A DNA stretch of 63,044 bases, filler included, from GCA_964501035.1; 22 parts of 22 records of this genome joined end to end with filler, not necessarily neighbours in it, one strand, 5' to 3'. Shown: positions 10,393-22,382, counted from the first letter of the whole stretch. The notes: generated by a model not told the origin, from the letters alone. Translations and numbers: made by a program.

Positions 10393-11697
10393 TCAACCTA
10401 CAACGTTGGGAGTAATAAATATTAATAGTTCTCGTTGCTCTTTTTCGATGGATTTGGATTGAAATATTCGACCGATAATTGGTATCTTATTCAGTACAGG
10501 AAAATATTTAAAATTTTCAATGGTATTTTCGGCGATCAGACCTCCAAGAATCACTGTATCACCATTCTCTACAGTAACCTGCGTTGATACTTGTCTTGTA
10601 GTAGACCTGGGCCTGTCAGAAGCTATTTCTGCAGCAGCCAATAAGGCTGACACTTGTGCATTTACCGTAAGGGTTATTCGTGTTTTTTCATTTAACCTAG
10701 GTACTACTTGTAAAGTAATACCAATGTTTTGCTGGGACACAGGATTAGCTATTACCATACCCAATCCAGGAAAATTAGGGACATCATCTTGTCCTTGAAA
10801 ACTCACACCTCCTCCTCCAACACTCCCTTCAACATAAACAGTAGTTTGAACATTAACGTTTGCAGGATGATTATCCAGAGTTGTAACGGAAGGGCTTGAT
10901 AACAGTTTCGACGTCCCACGGGCCTGCATTAGTCTTAATGCATTGGATAATTGAAGTGGATTTAAAGTAGCAACTGTGACATTGTCTAGTTTAAATGGAA
11001 TTGTTCCCAATGTGTCGCTGCCACCCAATTGAATTGGTACTCCGCCTGTCCAATCAATTCCAGAACCTTTTGATGTATCCAACTGTGTTTCAATGAACTT
11101 AACGGATATATTTATATTAGCAATTGGAACATCAATCTGTTTTATCATATCCAGTATTCTGGGCATGTTTTCCTGCGTTTCAGTGATGATTATATTAACA
11201 AGTATATTAGCACTGCCAGCTGCTCCAAGTCCCCCCGCCGTTAATTTAGGGGACCAGGATACTATTGATCCTTGTGTTGATAACATATTACCAAGTGCAG
11301 CTGTCACATTACTCGCATCAATATATTTTAATTTTAGAATTTCTGTTTCTAATTCACCAATCATTTCAGTGCCAGCCGGTTTAATAACTAGAATGTTTTC
11401 TTTTATAAAATAACTGTATCCATTTGGCTGCAAAATTGCATCCAAAGCAGCTTTCACGGAGACGTCTGATAAATTTGCTGTTACAGTATCCTGAACTTCC
11501 GGTGAAATGACAATATTCAGTCCAGTTAGTTCAGCAATTAATTCAAGAACATTACGTATATCTGAGTCTTGCATATTAATGGACATCTTTTGACCCAGAT
11601 TATATCTTTTTTCTTTTGGATTAGATGGTTGTTGAGCCGATATTTTTCCAATTAGAAAAAAAAGTGTAATGAGTAAAGGAAGTTTATTCACCAACAT
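10393..11697 (-). CDS. pilQ: Type IV pilus/T2SS secretin (PilQ-like)
   Basis: N0 domain SINMQDSDIRNVL; LSSPSVTTLDN; TQVTVENGDTVILGGL; KIPIIGRIF; ELLIFITP. Confidence 0.88.
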   Translation of the reverse strand: MLVNKLPLLITLFFLIGKISAQQPSNPKEKRYNLGQKMSINMQDSDIRNVLELIAELTGLNIVISPEVQDTVTANLSDVSVKAALDAILQPNGYSYFIKENILVIKPAGTEMIGELETEILKLKYIDASNVTAALGNMLSTQGSIVSWSPKLTAGGLGAAGSANILVNIIITETQENMPRILDMIKQIDVPIANINISVKFIETQLDTSKGSGIDWTGGVPIQLGGSDTLGTIPFKLDNVTVATLNPLQLSNALRLMQARGTSKLLSSPSVTTLDNHPANVNVQTTVYVEGSVGGGGVSFQGQDDVPNFPGLGMVIANPVSQQNIGITLQVVPRLNEKTRITLTVNAQVSALLAAAEIASDRPRSTTRQVSTQVTVENGDTVILGGLIAENTIENFKYFPVLNKIPIIGRIFQSKSIEKEQRELLIFITPNVVG

Positions 11698-12208
11698 TTT
11701 TGATTATTTTGGTATTGCCCATGATAAATGTGACATGCTGGCTTTCAATTTTATCAATAATAAGATTTTGGATTTTATCCCCTTCACGATATCGTTGTCC
11801 ATTGATAATAACAATAGCCATTTCACCAATGAGTGCAACTGATTCAATATTTATTCTATTAAATCCCTGGGAAGATAAATTATCATTTATTTTATCAACC
11901 GGTTTATAAATGTTACTTTTTGATTTGTCCACTTCTTTAATGTTGGTTCTAAAAGGATCTGAACCCCAATCAGTCACTTTTTTTGCAATATTTTCTGGTG
12001 CTGGTTTGAAAGGTTTATAATTATTGACAATAACTATGTCATCAGTTTCAACTTTTGTTGTTGTAATCTTATTTATTTGTTTATTGGCTACTTGGTTCGG
12101 AATGGATTTGCTGCTATTTAAATCACGATTATCTGAGATAAAATTCATAACAGCATAAATGATGGAGAGTACAAGAAGCCCACTAAGAATTTTTAGTCTA
12201 GTAGTCAT
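11684..12208 (-). CDS. PilP/GspB-like membrane-anchored pilus assembly protein
   Basis: N-terminal TM; WGSDPF; AIVIINGQRYREGDKI beta-domain; overlaps the secretin start. Confidence 0.6.
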   Translation of the reverse strand: MTTRLKILSGLLVLSIIYAVMNFISDNRDLNSSKSIPNQVANKQINKITTTKVETDDIVIVNNYKPFKPAPENIAKKVTDWGSDPFRTNIKEVDKSKSNIYKPVDKINDNLSSQGFNRINIESVALIGEMAIVIINGQRYREGDKIQNLIIDKIESQHVTFIMGNTKIIKNVGE

Positions 12209-12274
12209 TTAAGAAATAAACTAATAATTTTCATAACCAAACAATCATTAGCGAAAATAATTAATTAAAAATAT

Positions 12275-13081
12275 TTATTTACTGGTCATTGTCCAGGCAC
12301 CATCCCAGTCATCCCCTGGTGGATTATCCATATAATACTCACAACGTGGAATATACATGCGGCTGGGGTTGGTTGGCCGGCCTGGGAACATATCTTCCAT
12401 TTCGTCAGATGCTTTAAATGCTTCTATGGCCTTGCTCCACTCCTGGTTGCGGTAAAGGGCCAGAGCTTCGTGGAAGGCAGGGAGCAGTTTTTTATATAAT
12501 TCAGGCTCTTGGTCAATTTCGGAAATCAGTTCATAGACCTGAGCAGGCTCCGTTTTACCTTTCACTACTACAAAATCCAGGTCTCGAACTACAAACTTGT
12601 CTTTGACCGGCTGGTAGGTGGTGTCAGCAATCTGGATGTATATCCCGTATTGTTTGGCTGAAGATTCCAGGCGGGCGGCCAGGTTAACCGTATCACCCAT
12701 CATGGTGTAATTCATCCGGGCCTCGGAACCCATATTGCCGGTAACGAGCTGGCCAGTGCAGATACCAATGCGGTTCTGCATATGGTGGACAATTTCGGGC
12801 CAGCGTTCTCCTTCTGCCTGCCATCCCTGCCGCAGGATTTCCAGGTTCTCCTGCATTTTAATGGCTGTTTTGCAGGCCCACATTTCATGCTCATCAATTT
12901 CAATAGGTGCACCATAAAATGCTACAATAGCATCACCAATATACTTATCCAGGGTACCCTTGTTTTCCAGGAGTACATCGGTCATATCGGTGAGATACTG
13001 GTTCAAAAGACCCACCAGGTCACTGGCGGATAATTTCTCGGAGAAAGATGAAAAACTCTGGATATCTGTAAAAAAGGCAGT
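12275..13081 (-). CDS. Class III adenylate/guanylate cyclase, catalytic C-terminal part (5' partial)
   Basis: TAFFTDIQSFS, DKYIGDAI, NYTMMGDTVNLAARLE, VVKGK; both catalytic Asp present. Confidence 0.92.
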   Translation of the reverse strand, partial: TAFFTDIQSFSSFSEKLSASDLVGLLNQYLTDMTDVLLENKGTLDKYIGDAIVAFYGAPIEIDEHEMWACKTAIKMQENLEILRQGWQAEGERWPEIVHHMQNRIGICTGQLVTGNMGSEARMNYTMMGDTVNLAARLESSAKQYGIYIQIADTTYQPVKDKFVVRDLDFVVVKGKTEPAQVYELISEIDQEPELYKKLLPAFHEALALYRNQEWSKAIEAFKASDEMEDMFPGRPTNPSRMYIPRCEYYMDNPPGDDWDGAWTMTSK

Positions 13082-13181
13082 NNNNNNNNNNNNNNNNNNN
13101 NNNNNNNNNNNNNNNNNNNNNNNNNTTAATTAATTAANNNNNNNNNNNNNNNNNNNNNNNNNNNNNNNNNNNNNNNNNNNN

Positions 13182-14520
13182 TAACAACAACTAAAGAAGG
13201 CTTATTCGAAGAGGCTCTTATTAATCCCCATGAGCCATCTTCTAGTACAAATCTTACACCATTAACTGTCAAAATTTCTTTAATTAATTGATCATCTATT
13301 TTGATATTTTTATTTTTTATCTCCCGAACTTGTTTTACTAGGCTATCGACAACTTGATACTTTTCCTCATCTTTACAAAAAGGAGCCATGGTAGGTGATT
13401 GAAATGTTTTTGGAAGATCATTTATTATTGAGCTCATCTTTTTATTTTGAGCATTTAATAAATGGCAAATTTGTATTGCAGAATTAATTCCATCATCATA
13501 ACCATAACCAATTGGTTTATTGAAAAAGAAATGTCCGCTTTTTTCAAATCCAGCTAAAGCTTTTTCCCTATTAACTTTTCTTTTGATATGAGAATGTCCT
13601 GTTTTCCAGTATATTGTTTTGCAACCGTTATTTAAAAGAACATTATCTTTCAAATATAAACCTGTTGATTTTACATCTACGATAAATTTAGATTTTTTAT
13701 GCTTCCCAGAAAGATTTCTTGCAATTAGCAAGCCAATTTTGTCTGAAAAAATTTCATTACCTTTATCATCAACAACACCAACCCGGTCCCCGTCTCCATC
13801 AAAACCAAAACCAATATCAGCTTTGTTTTCTTTAACACATTTTGAAATTGCATTAAGCATTTTTAAATCTTCAGGATTAGGATTGTATTTAGGAAATGCA
13901 AAATCTAGTTTGCAGTCTAACTCAATTACTTCACAACCTATTCCTTTTAAAGCTTCAGGTGCGAATATTCCTGCTGTTCCATTACCACAGGCTACTACAG
14001 CTTTAATTTTTTTATTTAATTTATTTTTTTCAATTAAATCTTTAATATAAATCTTTTGAAAATCTTTTATATCTTTATTGCTTCCTTTTCCGATAAGAAA
14101 TTTTTTATTCAAAGTTATTTCTTTTAACTCATTCATTTCTTCAGGAGCATGAGTTAAACCTCTCTCAATTCCCATTTTAACACCTGTCCAACCATTTTCA
14201 TTATGGCTAGCTGTTACCATTGCAACTGCATCAGAATTCAATTTAAATTGAGCAAAATAAACCGTTGGTGTTAACGACAAACCTATATCTTCAATACTGC
14301 ACCCAGTAGAAATTAAACCTTTTTTTAAAGCAGCTTTTACTTCTTCGCTGTAAGACCTGTAATCATGTCCAACAATGATTCTTGGATTTGTTTTTTTTGT
14401 TTTGTTTATTACCTGTGTACCTAGACCTTTTCCTAATTCCTCAATACCTTCCAAATCAATGTCATCGGGGTACAACCATCTAGCGTCATATTCTCTGAAA
14501 CCGTTCTGTTTGATTTTCAT
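13182..14520 (-). CDS. Phosphomannomutase/phosphoglucomutase, alphaproteobacterial type (3' partial)
   Basis: GFREYDARW, TASHN phosphoserine loop, DGDGDR metal loop, GFEKSGH, RASSNKP. Confidence 0.93.
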
Positions 14521-14666
14521 GATTTCTATGTGTTTATTTTTAAATGATTTATCAGATTGTTGTATGACAAAACTTAGTCATTATTAATTTTAAACTTGAA
14601 AAAACATTTATGTTCATGTAATGTTCTCTTGAAATGCATGTTATTTAGTATACTAATAGATCTGTA

Positions 14667-14682
14667 ACACAACATATGGTTG
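14667..14682 (+). promoter_or_regulatory. Putative NrdR box upstream of nrdA
   Basis: ACACAACATATGGTTG resembles the NrdR consensus acaCwAtATaTwGtgt, about 35 nt before the RNR start. Confidence 0.55.
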
Positions 14683-14716
14683 TTTTGCTCTAAAAGTCAG
14701 GTAAAATAAGGGAATT

Positions 14717-16266
14717 ATGAACAAGAACGTATCTTTGGCGATAGAAAAAGCTGTCTCGAATTTAAACAAAATTGAAAATAACGATTTAAAGGACCTAAAT
14801 AATAGAAAACCTGATTTATTTTCTTTAAACCATGAAACCGAATTATTCCAAAACGACAAAGGTATAATAATCAAAATTGATAGGTCGAGAGATAAAAGTT
14901 TAACTGACTTTGGCAGAGCAACTTTAAGCGATAGATATTTAGGTCAGAATGAGTCCTACCAAGATTTATTCGCAAGAGTTGCTAGTACATATGCTGATAA
15001 CAATCTTCATGCACAAAGACTTTATAACTATATAAGCAATCTTTGGTTTATGCCTGCCACCCCTGTTCTTTCTAACGGAGGCACAGAAAGAGGTTTGCCA
15101 ATATCCTGTTTTTTAAATGAAGCAGGCGATAGTTTAGAAGGAATTCTGGATCTATGGAGTGAAAATGTTTGGTTGGCAGCTAGAGGAGGGGGCATAGGAA
15201 GTTACTGGGGAAATTTAAGATCTATAGGTGAAAAAATTGGGAAAGTTGGAAAGACTTCCGGAATTATACCTTTTATAAAAGTTATGGACTCCCTTACCCT
15301 TGCAATCAGCCAAGGCTCTTTAAGAAGAGGCTCAGCAGCTTGTTATCTTCCTATTGATCATCCAGAGATTGAAGAATTCATAGAAATGAGAAGACCAACT
15401 GGTGGTGACACAAATAGAAGATCGCTAAACTTACACCATGGTGTTTTGATTTCTGATGCTTTTATGAGAGCTGTTGAAACAGATGCTCAATGGGCGTTGA
15501 GAAGCCCAAAGGACAGATCAATACAAAGCACTCTTTCAGCTAGAAATTTATGGATAAGGCTTTTGACAGCAAGAGTTGAAACTGGAGAGCCGTATATAGT
15601 TTACATTGATACAGTCAATCGTCAGATTCCGCAGCACCATAAATTAGCAGGACTAACTGTTAAGACTTCAAATCTTTGTAGCGAAATTACTCTTCCAACA
15701 GGTAGAGATAGAGAAGGAAATGAAAGAACAGCTGTATGTTGTTTATCTTCTTTAAATATTGAAAAATACGATGAATGGAAGGATGACAAAAACTTTGTTG
15801 AAGATGTGATGAGATTTTTAGACAACGTTCTTACAGATTTTATTAATCGAGCACCCGATAGCTTTGCTAACGCAAAATATTCAGCAACAAGAGAGAGAAG
15901 CGTAGGGCTTGGTGTTATGGGATTACATTCTTATTTTCAGCAAAAAAGTATTCCATTTGGTTCTGTAATGAGCAAAGTTTGGAATAAAAAAATATTTTCT
16001 AATATACAACAAAAAGTTGATGAAGCCTCAAAAGATCTCGCGGCAGAGAGAGGAGCTTGTCCAGATGCTGAAGAATTTGGAATAAAAGAAAGGTTTTCTA
16101 ATAAAACAGCAATTGCTCCGACAGCTTCTATCTCGATTATTTGTGGTGGAGCATCACCTGGTATTGAACCAATAGCAGCAAATAGTTACACGCACAAAAC
16201 TCTATCCGGGTCTTACAATGTAAGAAATAAATATCTAGCTAAAATTCTAGAAAAACATGGAAAGAA
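14717..16266 (+). CDS. nrdA: Ribonucleoside-diphosphate reductase alpha subunit, class I, no obvious ATP cone (3' partial)
   Basis: PATPVLSN, ISCFL, SQGSLRRG, SNLCSEI, VCCLSSLN, AIAPTASIS. Confidence 0.92.
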
Positions 16267-16368
16267 NNNNNNNNNNNNNNNNNNNNNNNNNNNNNNNNNN
16301 NNNNNNNNNNTTAATTAATTAANNNNNNNNNNNNNNNNNNNNNNNNNNNNNNNNNNNNNNNNNNNNTA

Positions 16369-18009
16369 TTCCATAAAAATCAATATTATACAAAGAAGAA
16401 ATCAAAAGGATATGTAAAAGATTCTACCCTTGTAACTTATGATGATGAATTTGATTCATTAATAATAAATGTTCAAGTTGATGTAACTACAAATGTTGGT
16501 CAGAATTTATTAACTTCTGGATTTTCTTTTATGGACACTACAGCATATGAAGCGAATAGTTCGGTAGAATATGGTGATCGGGAAACTGGTGTAGTACCTT
16601 TTGAAGTTGATGGTCTGCGTGTAGGTCTAGATATGATAATGGCAAGGGTGAATACAGATTGTAATGATGATGGTCAATACACAGATGTGTCTGAAACTAT
16701 AGACAATAGATCTTGTACAGAGAATTCTGAATGTGAAGATGGCTATAAATGTCATGTAGGAGAAGCTGATAGTTTCTGCTATATTGATAGAGGGAATCAG
16801 TTGTATGATGTTCAAGAGCCTGGTTTTTCTCATGATGAAGATGGCTGGACAAAAAATGATATTTTCCAAGATAGAAATTGTAATGGCGAAAGAGATGGTG
16901 CTGAGTTAACATCAGAAGATATTAATGATTCTATTTGTGTAGATACTTATAGGGGGCAATGGCTAACCGTAGGTTCGGTAACTTTTTGTGATGTTGGTAA
17001 TGATCAGTATGATGAAGCTGAAACATATATTGATGACAACGAAGATGAATCATGCCAGTCTAATGAGTTATATGAAGAATCTGAAGATGGCATAATGACG
17101 AGTTTGTTGGTGGATTATTTAGATGTGAATAATCCAAAGGTGATGCATGTTATCTATCCTCAGGATTCTCTAACTACACGGTGGGGTGTAAAATTTACAG
17201 GTCTAATTGAAGATTTTGTCCTGTCGGAGACTGTAAGTTTTTCTTATGAAGATATTGAGCGTATGAAAACAATAAATTCGCATCCAACCATCCAATATTT
17301 TGAAGAGGAAATGGATAATCCTTATACAGTGGCAAAATCTGAGTGGGATGATGACGGTGCTCAATATGATTATCATATGTACCGTAAAGAAGCATCTGGG
17401 GATATTGTAAAGTTAACCTATCCTGAATATTTTAAACCGTATGGATATTACGATCCAGCATTATTTGATGATTATTTCTGGCGTGACTCTGTATTTGTAA
17501 ATGATACAATTTTTTATACATATAGCGGCAGCTTAAGGGATGGTGAGTATTATAAAAAAGAGCGCGAGATTTCAATCTCAGGCCCTGAAGTGTTGTTGGC
17601 TGATTATGTTATAGAAGAAGTTTATGAGGTGGAGAAGGATACATTAAACATTCTTCCTTACATTGATGAAGAGGATGGGATTGAAGAGGTAGAATGTTTT
17701 AAAGTGAAGCGTGGGGTGACCATGACTATGTTAGGTACGGGTGTTGAATATTACGAAGAGAATAATGTATGGCTCGGAAAAGGTTTGGGGATTGTAAAAG
17801 AGGATGTAGAGTATAATTGGACTGGAGTAGATAAGAATGGTTTATCTCGATTAGAACTTGTAAAGGATTTCTCAGGCTCAGATGAAGAGGCTGTTTCTGA
17901 AAGAGCATTTTATTTTCCCAGTAAAATTTCTGTCAATGAATTTGAAAGAATGGGTGAAGATCCATATAAATATAATAGAACCGGTGTTGTTCAAAGGGTT
18001 GGTAAATAA
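16369..18009 (+). CDS. Acidic, Cys-containing hypothetical exported protein (5' partial)
   Basis: Frame open to the contig edge; D/E-rich with DxNxNG motifs; VWLGKGLGIVKE; TAATG overlap with the TonB receptor. Confidence 0.65.
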   Translation, partial: FHKNQYYTKKKSKGYVKDSTLVTYDDEFDSLIINVQVDVTTNVGQNLLTSGFSFMDTTAYEANSSVEYGDRETGVVPFEVDGLRVGLDMIMARVNTDCNDDGQYTDVSETIDNRSCTENSECEDGYKCHVGEADSFCYIDRGNQLYDVQEPGFSHDEDGWTKNDIFQDRNCNGERDGAELTSEDINDSICVDTYRGQWLTVGSVTFCDVGNDQYDEAETYIDDNEDESCQSNELYEESEDGIMTSLLVDYLDVNNPKVMHVIYPQDSLTTRWGVKFTGLIEDFVLSETVSFSYEDIERMKTINSHPTIQYFEEEMDNPYTVAKSEWDDDGAQYDYHMYRKEASGDIVKLTYPEYFKPYGYYDPALFDDYFWRDSVFVNDTIFYTYSGSLRDGEYYKKEREISISGPEVLLADYVIEEVYEVEKDTLNILPYIDEEDGIEEVECFKVKRGVTMTMLGTGVEYYEENNVWLGKGLGIVKEDVEYNWTGVDKNGLSRLELVKDFSGSDEEAVSERAFYFPSKISVNEFERMGEDPYKYNRTGVVQRVGK

Positions 18010-19401
18010 TGTATAAATTGAATCGACTTTTAATCTTGGTTGTTTTATCTGCATCATTTGTATTTGCAGGAACTGATGGTACCATTAGGGGGAAGGTATT
18101 GGATGTTGAGGGGAATCCATTGCCTGGAGCTCAAATATATATACAAGAGCTTGGTTTAGGTACTATGGCTGACGCAGATGGTAATTATTTGATATTAAAT
18201 ATTCAAGTTGGTGAATATGATGTTACTGCTGCAATGATAGGGTACTCTACACAAGTGGTAACTGGTGTCGGTGTAAAAATGGATCAAACAGTATGGCTAA
18301 ACTTTGCAATGGAAATTGCTGCTATCGAAGGTGATGTAATTACTGTTTCAGGAGAGCGTGCCCTTGTTGAAAAGAATGAAACTTCTAAAAAGGTCACCGT
18401 AAGTAAAGATGCAATTGAAGCGCTTCCAGTGCGTGATGTTACAGAATTATATTCGCTTCAATCGGGTGTTGTAAAAGTTGAAAGTCGCCAGCATGGTATT
18501 CCGGACCATGAGGAGCGTGGATTGGTTGAAATGCACGTTAGAGGTGGTCGATCTGGTGAAGTTGCATACATGATTGATGGGATGTACATTAGAAATCCGA
18601 TTTTTGGAGGCATCGGTACTGGAACGAGGTTAAACTTATTGGCAATTAAGGAATTTGACTGGCAACCTGGTGGATTTAATGCAGAGTATGGCGATGCTAT
18701 GTCAGCCGTTTCTAATTGGCATACTGCATCTGGTACTAATGAGTTTAAATACAGTATGAGTTACAAGACTAGCTTGGTTGGTGCAATGATGGGGAATCTT
18801 TATGATGAGTTGCGAGGGTATAATGATTATAATATAGGTTTTGGTGGAAAATTGCCAGTCATTAATTTGTATTATTGGCTTTCAGGTCAAAAAACGACGC
18901 AAGACTCTTATAATGTATTTGAATTTGATGATATTACCTATGATTTTGAAACATCACCTTGGAAATTTGATGAAAGTGGGAAAATTATTGAAAATCCCAA
19001 CGGTGATCAATTGAATGTAAAGAATAAGAATAATTTAGTACAACCATGGGATACTGAATCTGGTTTTAGGGGATTTGGGTTTAGTGATACTGAAGATGTA
19101 TTTGCTAAGCTTACTTTTTCCCCATTTTCTCAAATTAAAATAGATCTTTCATACTGGAATGTTGCAAATCATATAAAGGTGTTTAACCCGCGTTACTTAT
19201 ATTGGGATGAAGGTCAAAATGAATTATTTCGTGATACCGAGAGGTTTGCATTTAGTTTAAACCATACCTTATCAAGCCGTTCGTTCTATACATTGCGTGC
19301 ATCTAAATTTGTTCAGGATCAATTTCAAGGTGTTAGATTGCATGATTCTGATAATGATGGATACCCAGATTGGTTTGAATATAGGCATCCTGCAGGTAAT
19401 A
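18009..19401 (+). CDS. TonB-dependent receptor (3' partial)
   Basis: Signal peptide, GTDGTIRGKV carboxypeptidase-regulatory-like domain, plug HVRGGRSGEVAYMIDG, GGFNAEYG. Confidence 0.9.
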
Positions 19402-19503
19402 NNNNNNNNNNNNNNNNNNNNNNNNNNNNNNNNNNNNNNNNNNNNTTAATTAATTAANNNNNNNNNNNNNNNNNNNNNNNNNNNNNNNNNNNNNNNNNNN
19501 NCC

Positions 19504-22326
19504 TTCATCCCTTTCCTCACATCAATCCTATTTGCACAGATGACAGTTTCCGGTACGGTAACAGATGCATCTTCTGGCGATGCTCTTGCTGGTGCAAACG
19601 TTGTTGTGGATGGCACAGATCTGGGTGTAGCATCAGATGCTAATGGTGCATATACGTTAAGCAATGTTCCCAATGGTGCAACCATTACAGCATCTATGAT
19701 TGGTTTTAGTAGCGAATCTAAAGATGCATCAGCAACTCTTAATTTTCGTCTTGTAACATCTGCAGTACAATTATCCGCTCTAGACGTTGTTGCTACAAGG
19801 GCTACCTACAGAAAAACACCCGTAGCTTTCACCGAATTGGATGAACAAGACCTAAAACTAAGAATTGGATCTAGAGATATCACTATGGTTCTGAATGAAA
19901 CACCTGGCGTATACGCACACGAAGAAGGTGGTGGAGCAGGTGATTCAAAAATTTATGTACGTGGATTCGATCAAACAAATACAGCAATTTTGATAAATGG
20001 TGTACCAGTTAATGATATGGAAAGTGGAAAAGTTTATTGGTCAAACTGGGATGGCATGTCGGATGTAACATCTTCTATTCAAGTTCAACGCGGATTAGGT
20101 GCAAGTAGCCTAGCAGTTGCTTCCGTTGGTGGTACAGTAAATGTCAGGACAAGTGCAGCAGAATTAAAAAGTGGCGCTTCTTATAAACAAGAGTTGGGTT
20201 CTGACAATTTTATGAAAAGTACATTCAATTTTAATACCGGGCTATCGCCAAATGGATTTGCCTTAACTGGTTTGCTTCAAAGAAAAACTGGTAGTGGACA
20301 AGCTTATGGTACATGGACTGATGCTTATGCATATTTCCTCACAATGTCCAAATCGTATAAGAATAGCGTGGTTGATGCATATGTTGTTGGTGCGCCTCAG
20401 CAACATGGGCAAAGATATGACGATAATGCATTAACATTTGCTCAGTGGAAAGAGACTCACGGAAAAGATCATAAAACTAATTCTGGCTATAATGGATCCT
20501 ATGATGGTTCTGGCAGTGGTTGGGGTTATGTCTCTAAAGAAAATGCCCAGTCAATAAAAAAAGGAAATAGTTCATTAGATGCAGTTGGTTCTGCTCTTTT
20601 TGGTGATGTATTACATACAAGGCAAGAAATCGGTAGTGATAAATGGATAATCAATAATCGTACAAACTATTATCATAAGCCTGTTTACGGTTTAAACTGG
20701 AGATATAAAATTGATGATCGTACCAGTATTAATACGGTAATGTATTACTCAACTGGTCGAGGTGGAGGAACTGGTCCATTGAATTCAGGAGGAACTGGTT
20801 TATATGCTGATGATTCCACTGATGCAGATGGCAATACAGTTAATTATTATGCTGAGACGAGTGTAAAATACATTAATCCAGATCCTGATTCCGATGTGCC
20901 AGGACAATATAACTGGGATGGTCTCATTGATTATAATTCATTTGATAATACAACTGCTCACGGCAATATATGGTTGGGAAGTGATACTCTATCATCAAAA
21001 TATTCTACACTTCAATGGAACTATGGAAGGCCTTATGATACCACATATAGTGATGATGAAAAAAGAGCTAAAAGTATTATCAGAGCATCTGTTAATCATC
21101 ATGATTGGTACGGAGGTATCTCAACGGTAAAACATAAATATAGTGATAATTTAATCGCGACCCTCAGTTTGGACCTTCGCAAATATAAAGGAACACATTT
21201 TAGGCAGGTTGTAAATCTACTGGGTGGTGATTATTTTGTTGATAAATATAAAAATGTCAATGATGTCACATCATCAAGTCAAATGAAAAGAGTAGGTGAT
21301 CAAATTGCTTACCATAATTTAGGTCATGTTGCTTGGGTCGGTTATTCCGGACAATTAGAGTATTCATCAGGACCCTTATCAGTGGTAACAAGCCTTGCAA
21401 AATCTTCTACTATGTATCAAAGAGAGGACCGACATAACTACACCCCAAGTCAGTATATGTCAGAACGAATTTCATTCCCTGGTTATGCATATAAAGTTGG
21501 TGCAAATTATAATTTGGGTGATGCAATAAATGTATTTGCAAACTTCGGAAGATTACAGACTGCCCCAAAATTCACCAGCGTATATCTTAACTATAAGAAT
21601 GATGTTAATCCAAAAGCAAAACCAGAAAAGGTCCAGACACTTGAACTTGGGGCGGGATATAATTCAGGAAGCTTACGCGCTAATGCAAATTATTATATGA
21701 CAAATTGGTCGGATAAATCATTAGTGAAAACTGGAGCCAATGATGCTATATATAATATTGATGGAATCGAAGCAAACCATTCTGGTCTTGAATTGGATGT
21801 GGATATGGGAGTTATGGATTGGCTTAACCTTAATGCTGCACTATCTTTAGGGAATTGGACTTGGGGTAAAGATCTTGATAATGTAGTTGTTTTTGATGAT
21901 AACAATCGAGGTGGAGCCCAAGATACCATAAGCATCTATACAGATGGATTACACGTCGGCGGCGCACCGCAAACACAATTTAGTTTAGGTATATCTGCTG
22001 CCCCAATGGAAGGCTTAATCGTTCATCCTGTAATAAATTATTTTGCAAATTTCTATTCGGATTTTGATCCTGCAGATAGAGGTGATGAATCTATGAAAGG
22101 AGTTGATTCTTATATGAATGATGCAGCAATGACCATAGATCTTCATACCACATATAGTTTTACACTTATAGGGTATAATATGACTCTAGGTTTGCATGCA
22201 TTTAATCTGACTGATACTGAGTATGTAAATTTTGCTATTGATGGTGGCGATGGAACAAAAGAAAGTGCTAGAGTCTTCTATGGACTGGGGCAGAGATTTA
22301 ATCTCTCACTGGGGGTTAATTTTTAG
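19504..22326 (+). CDS. TonB-dependent receptor (signal peptide cut at the contig edge)
   Basis: CarboxypepD_reg-like N-terminus; plug IYVRGFDQ..INGVPVNDMESGKVYWSNW; C-terminal GVNF. Confidence 0.93.
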   Translation, partial: FIPFLTSILFAQMTVSGTVTDASSGDALAGANVVVDGTDLGVASDANGAYTLSNVPNGATITASMIGFSSESKDASATLNFRLVTSAVQLSALDVVATRATYRKTPVAFTELDEQDLKLRIGSRDITMVLNETPGVYAHEEGGGAGDSKIYVRGFDQTNTAILINGVPVNDMESGKVYWSNWDGMSDVTSSIQVQRGLGASSLAVASVGGTVNVRTSAAELKSGASYKQELGSDNFMKSTFNFNTGLSPNGFALTGLLQRKTGSGQAYGTWTDAYAYFLTMSKSYKNSVVDAYVVGAPQQHGQRYDDNALTFAQWKETHGKDHKTNSGYNGSYDGSGSGWGYVSKENAQSIKKGNSSLDAVGSALFGDVLHTRQEIGSDKWIINNRTNYYHKPVYGLNWRYKIDDRTSINTVMYYSTGRGGGTGPLNSGGTGLYADDSTDADGNTVNYYAETSVKYINPDPDSDVPGQYNWDGLIDYNSFDNTTAHGNIWLGSDTLSSKYSTLQWNYGRPYDTTYSDDEKRAKSIIRASVNHHDWYGGISTVKHKYSDNLIATLSLDLRKYKGTHFRQVVNLLGGDYFVDKYKNVNDVTSSSQMKRVGDQIAYHNLGHVAWVGYSGQLEYSSGPLSVVTSLAKSSTMYQREDRHNYTPSQYMSERISFPGYAYKVGANYNLGDAINVFANFGRLQTAPKFTSVYLNYKNDVNPKAKPEKVQTLELGAGYNSGSLRANANYYMTNWSDKSLVKTGANDAIYNIDGIEANHSGLELDVDMGVMDWLNLNAALSLGNWTWGKDLDNVVVFDDNNRGGAQDTISIYTDGLHVGGAPQTQFSLGISAAPMEGLIVHPVINYFANFYSDFDPADRGDESMKGVDSYMNDAAMTIDLHTTYSFTLIGYNMTLGLHAFNLTDTEYVNFAIDGGDGTKESARVFYGLGQRFNLSLGVNF

Positions 22327-22350
22327 GATACCAATAAAAGTAAGTAATGT

Positions 22351-22382
22351 AAAAAAGCCTCGACGAAATCGGGGCTTTTTTT
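22351..22382. terminator. Bidirectional Rho-independent terminator
   Basis: AAAAAAGCCTCGA-CGAAA-TCGGGGCTTTTTT. Confidence 0.8.

Noticed and set aside
12258..12268. TAATTAATTAA resembling the linker inside a contig
   Set aside because: No flanking Ns and an AT-rich intergenic context; cannot be told from chance
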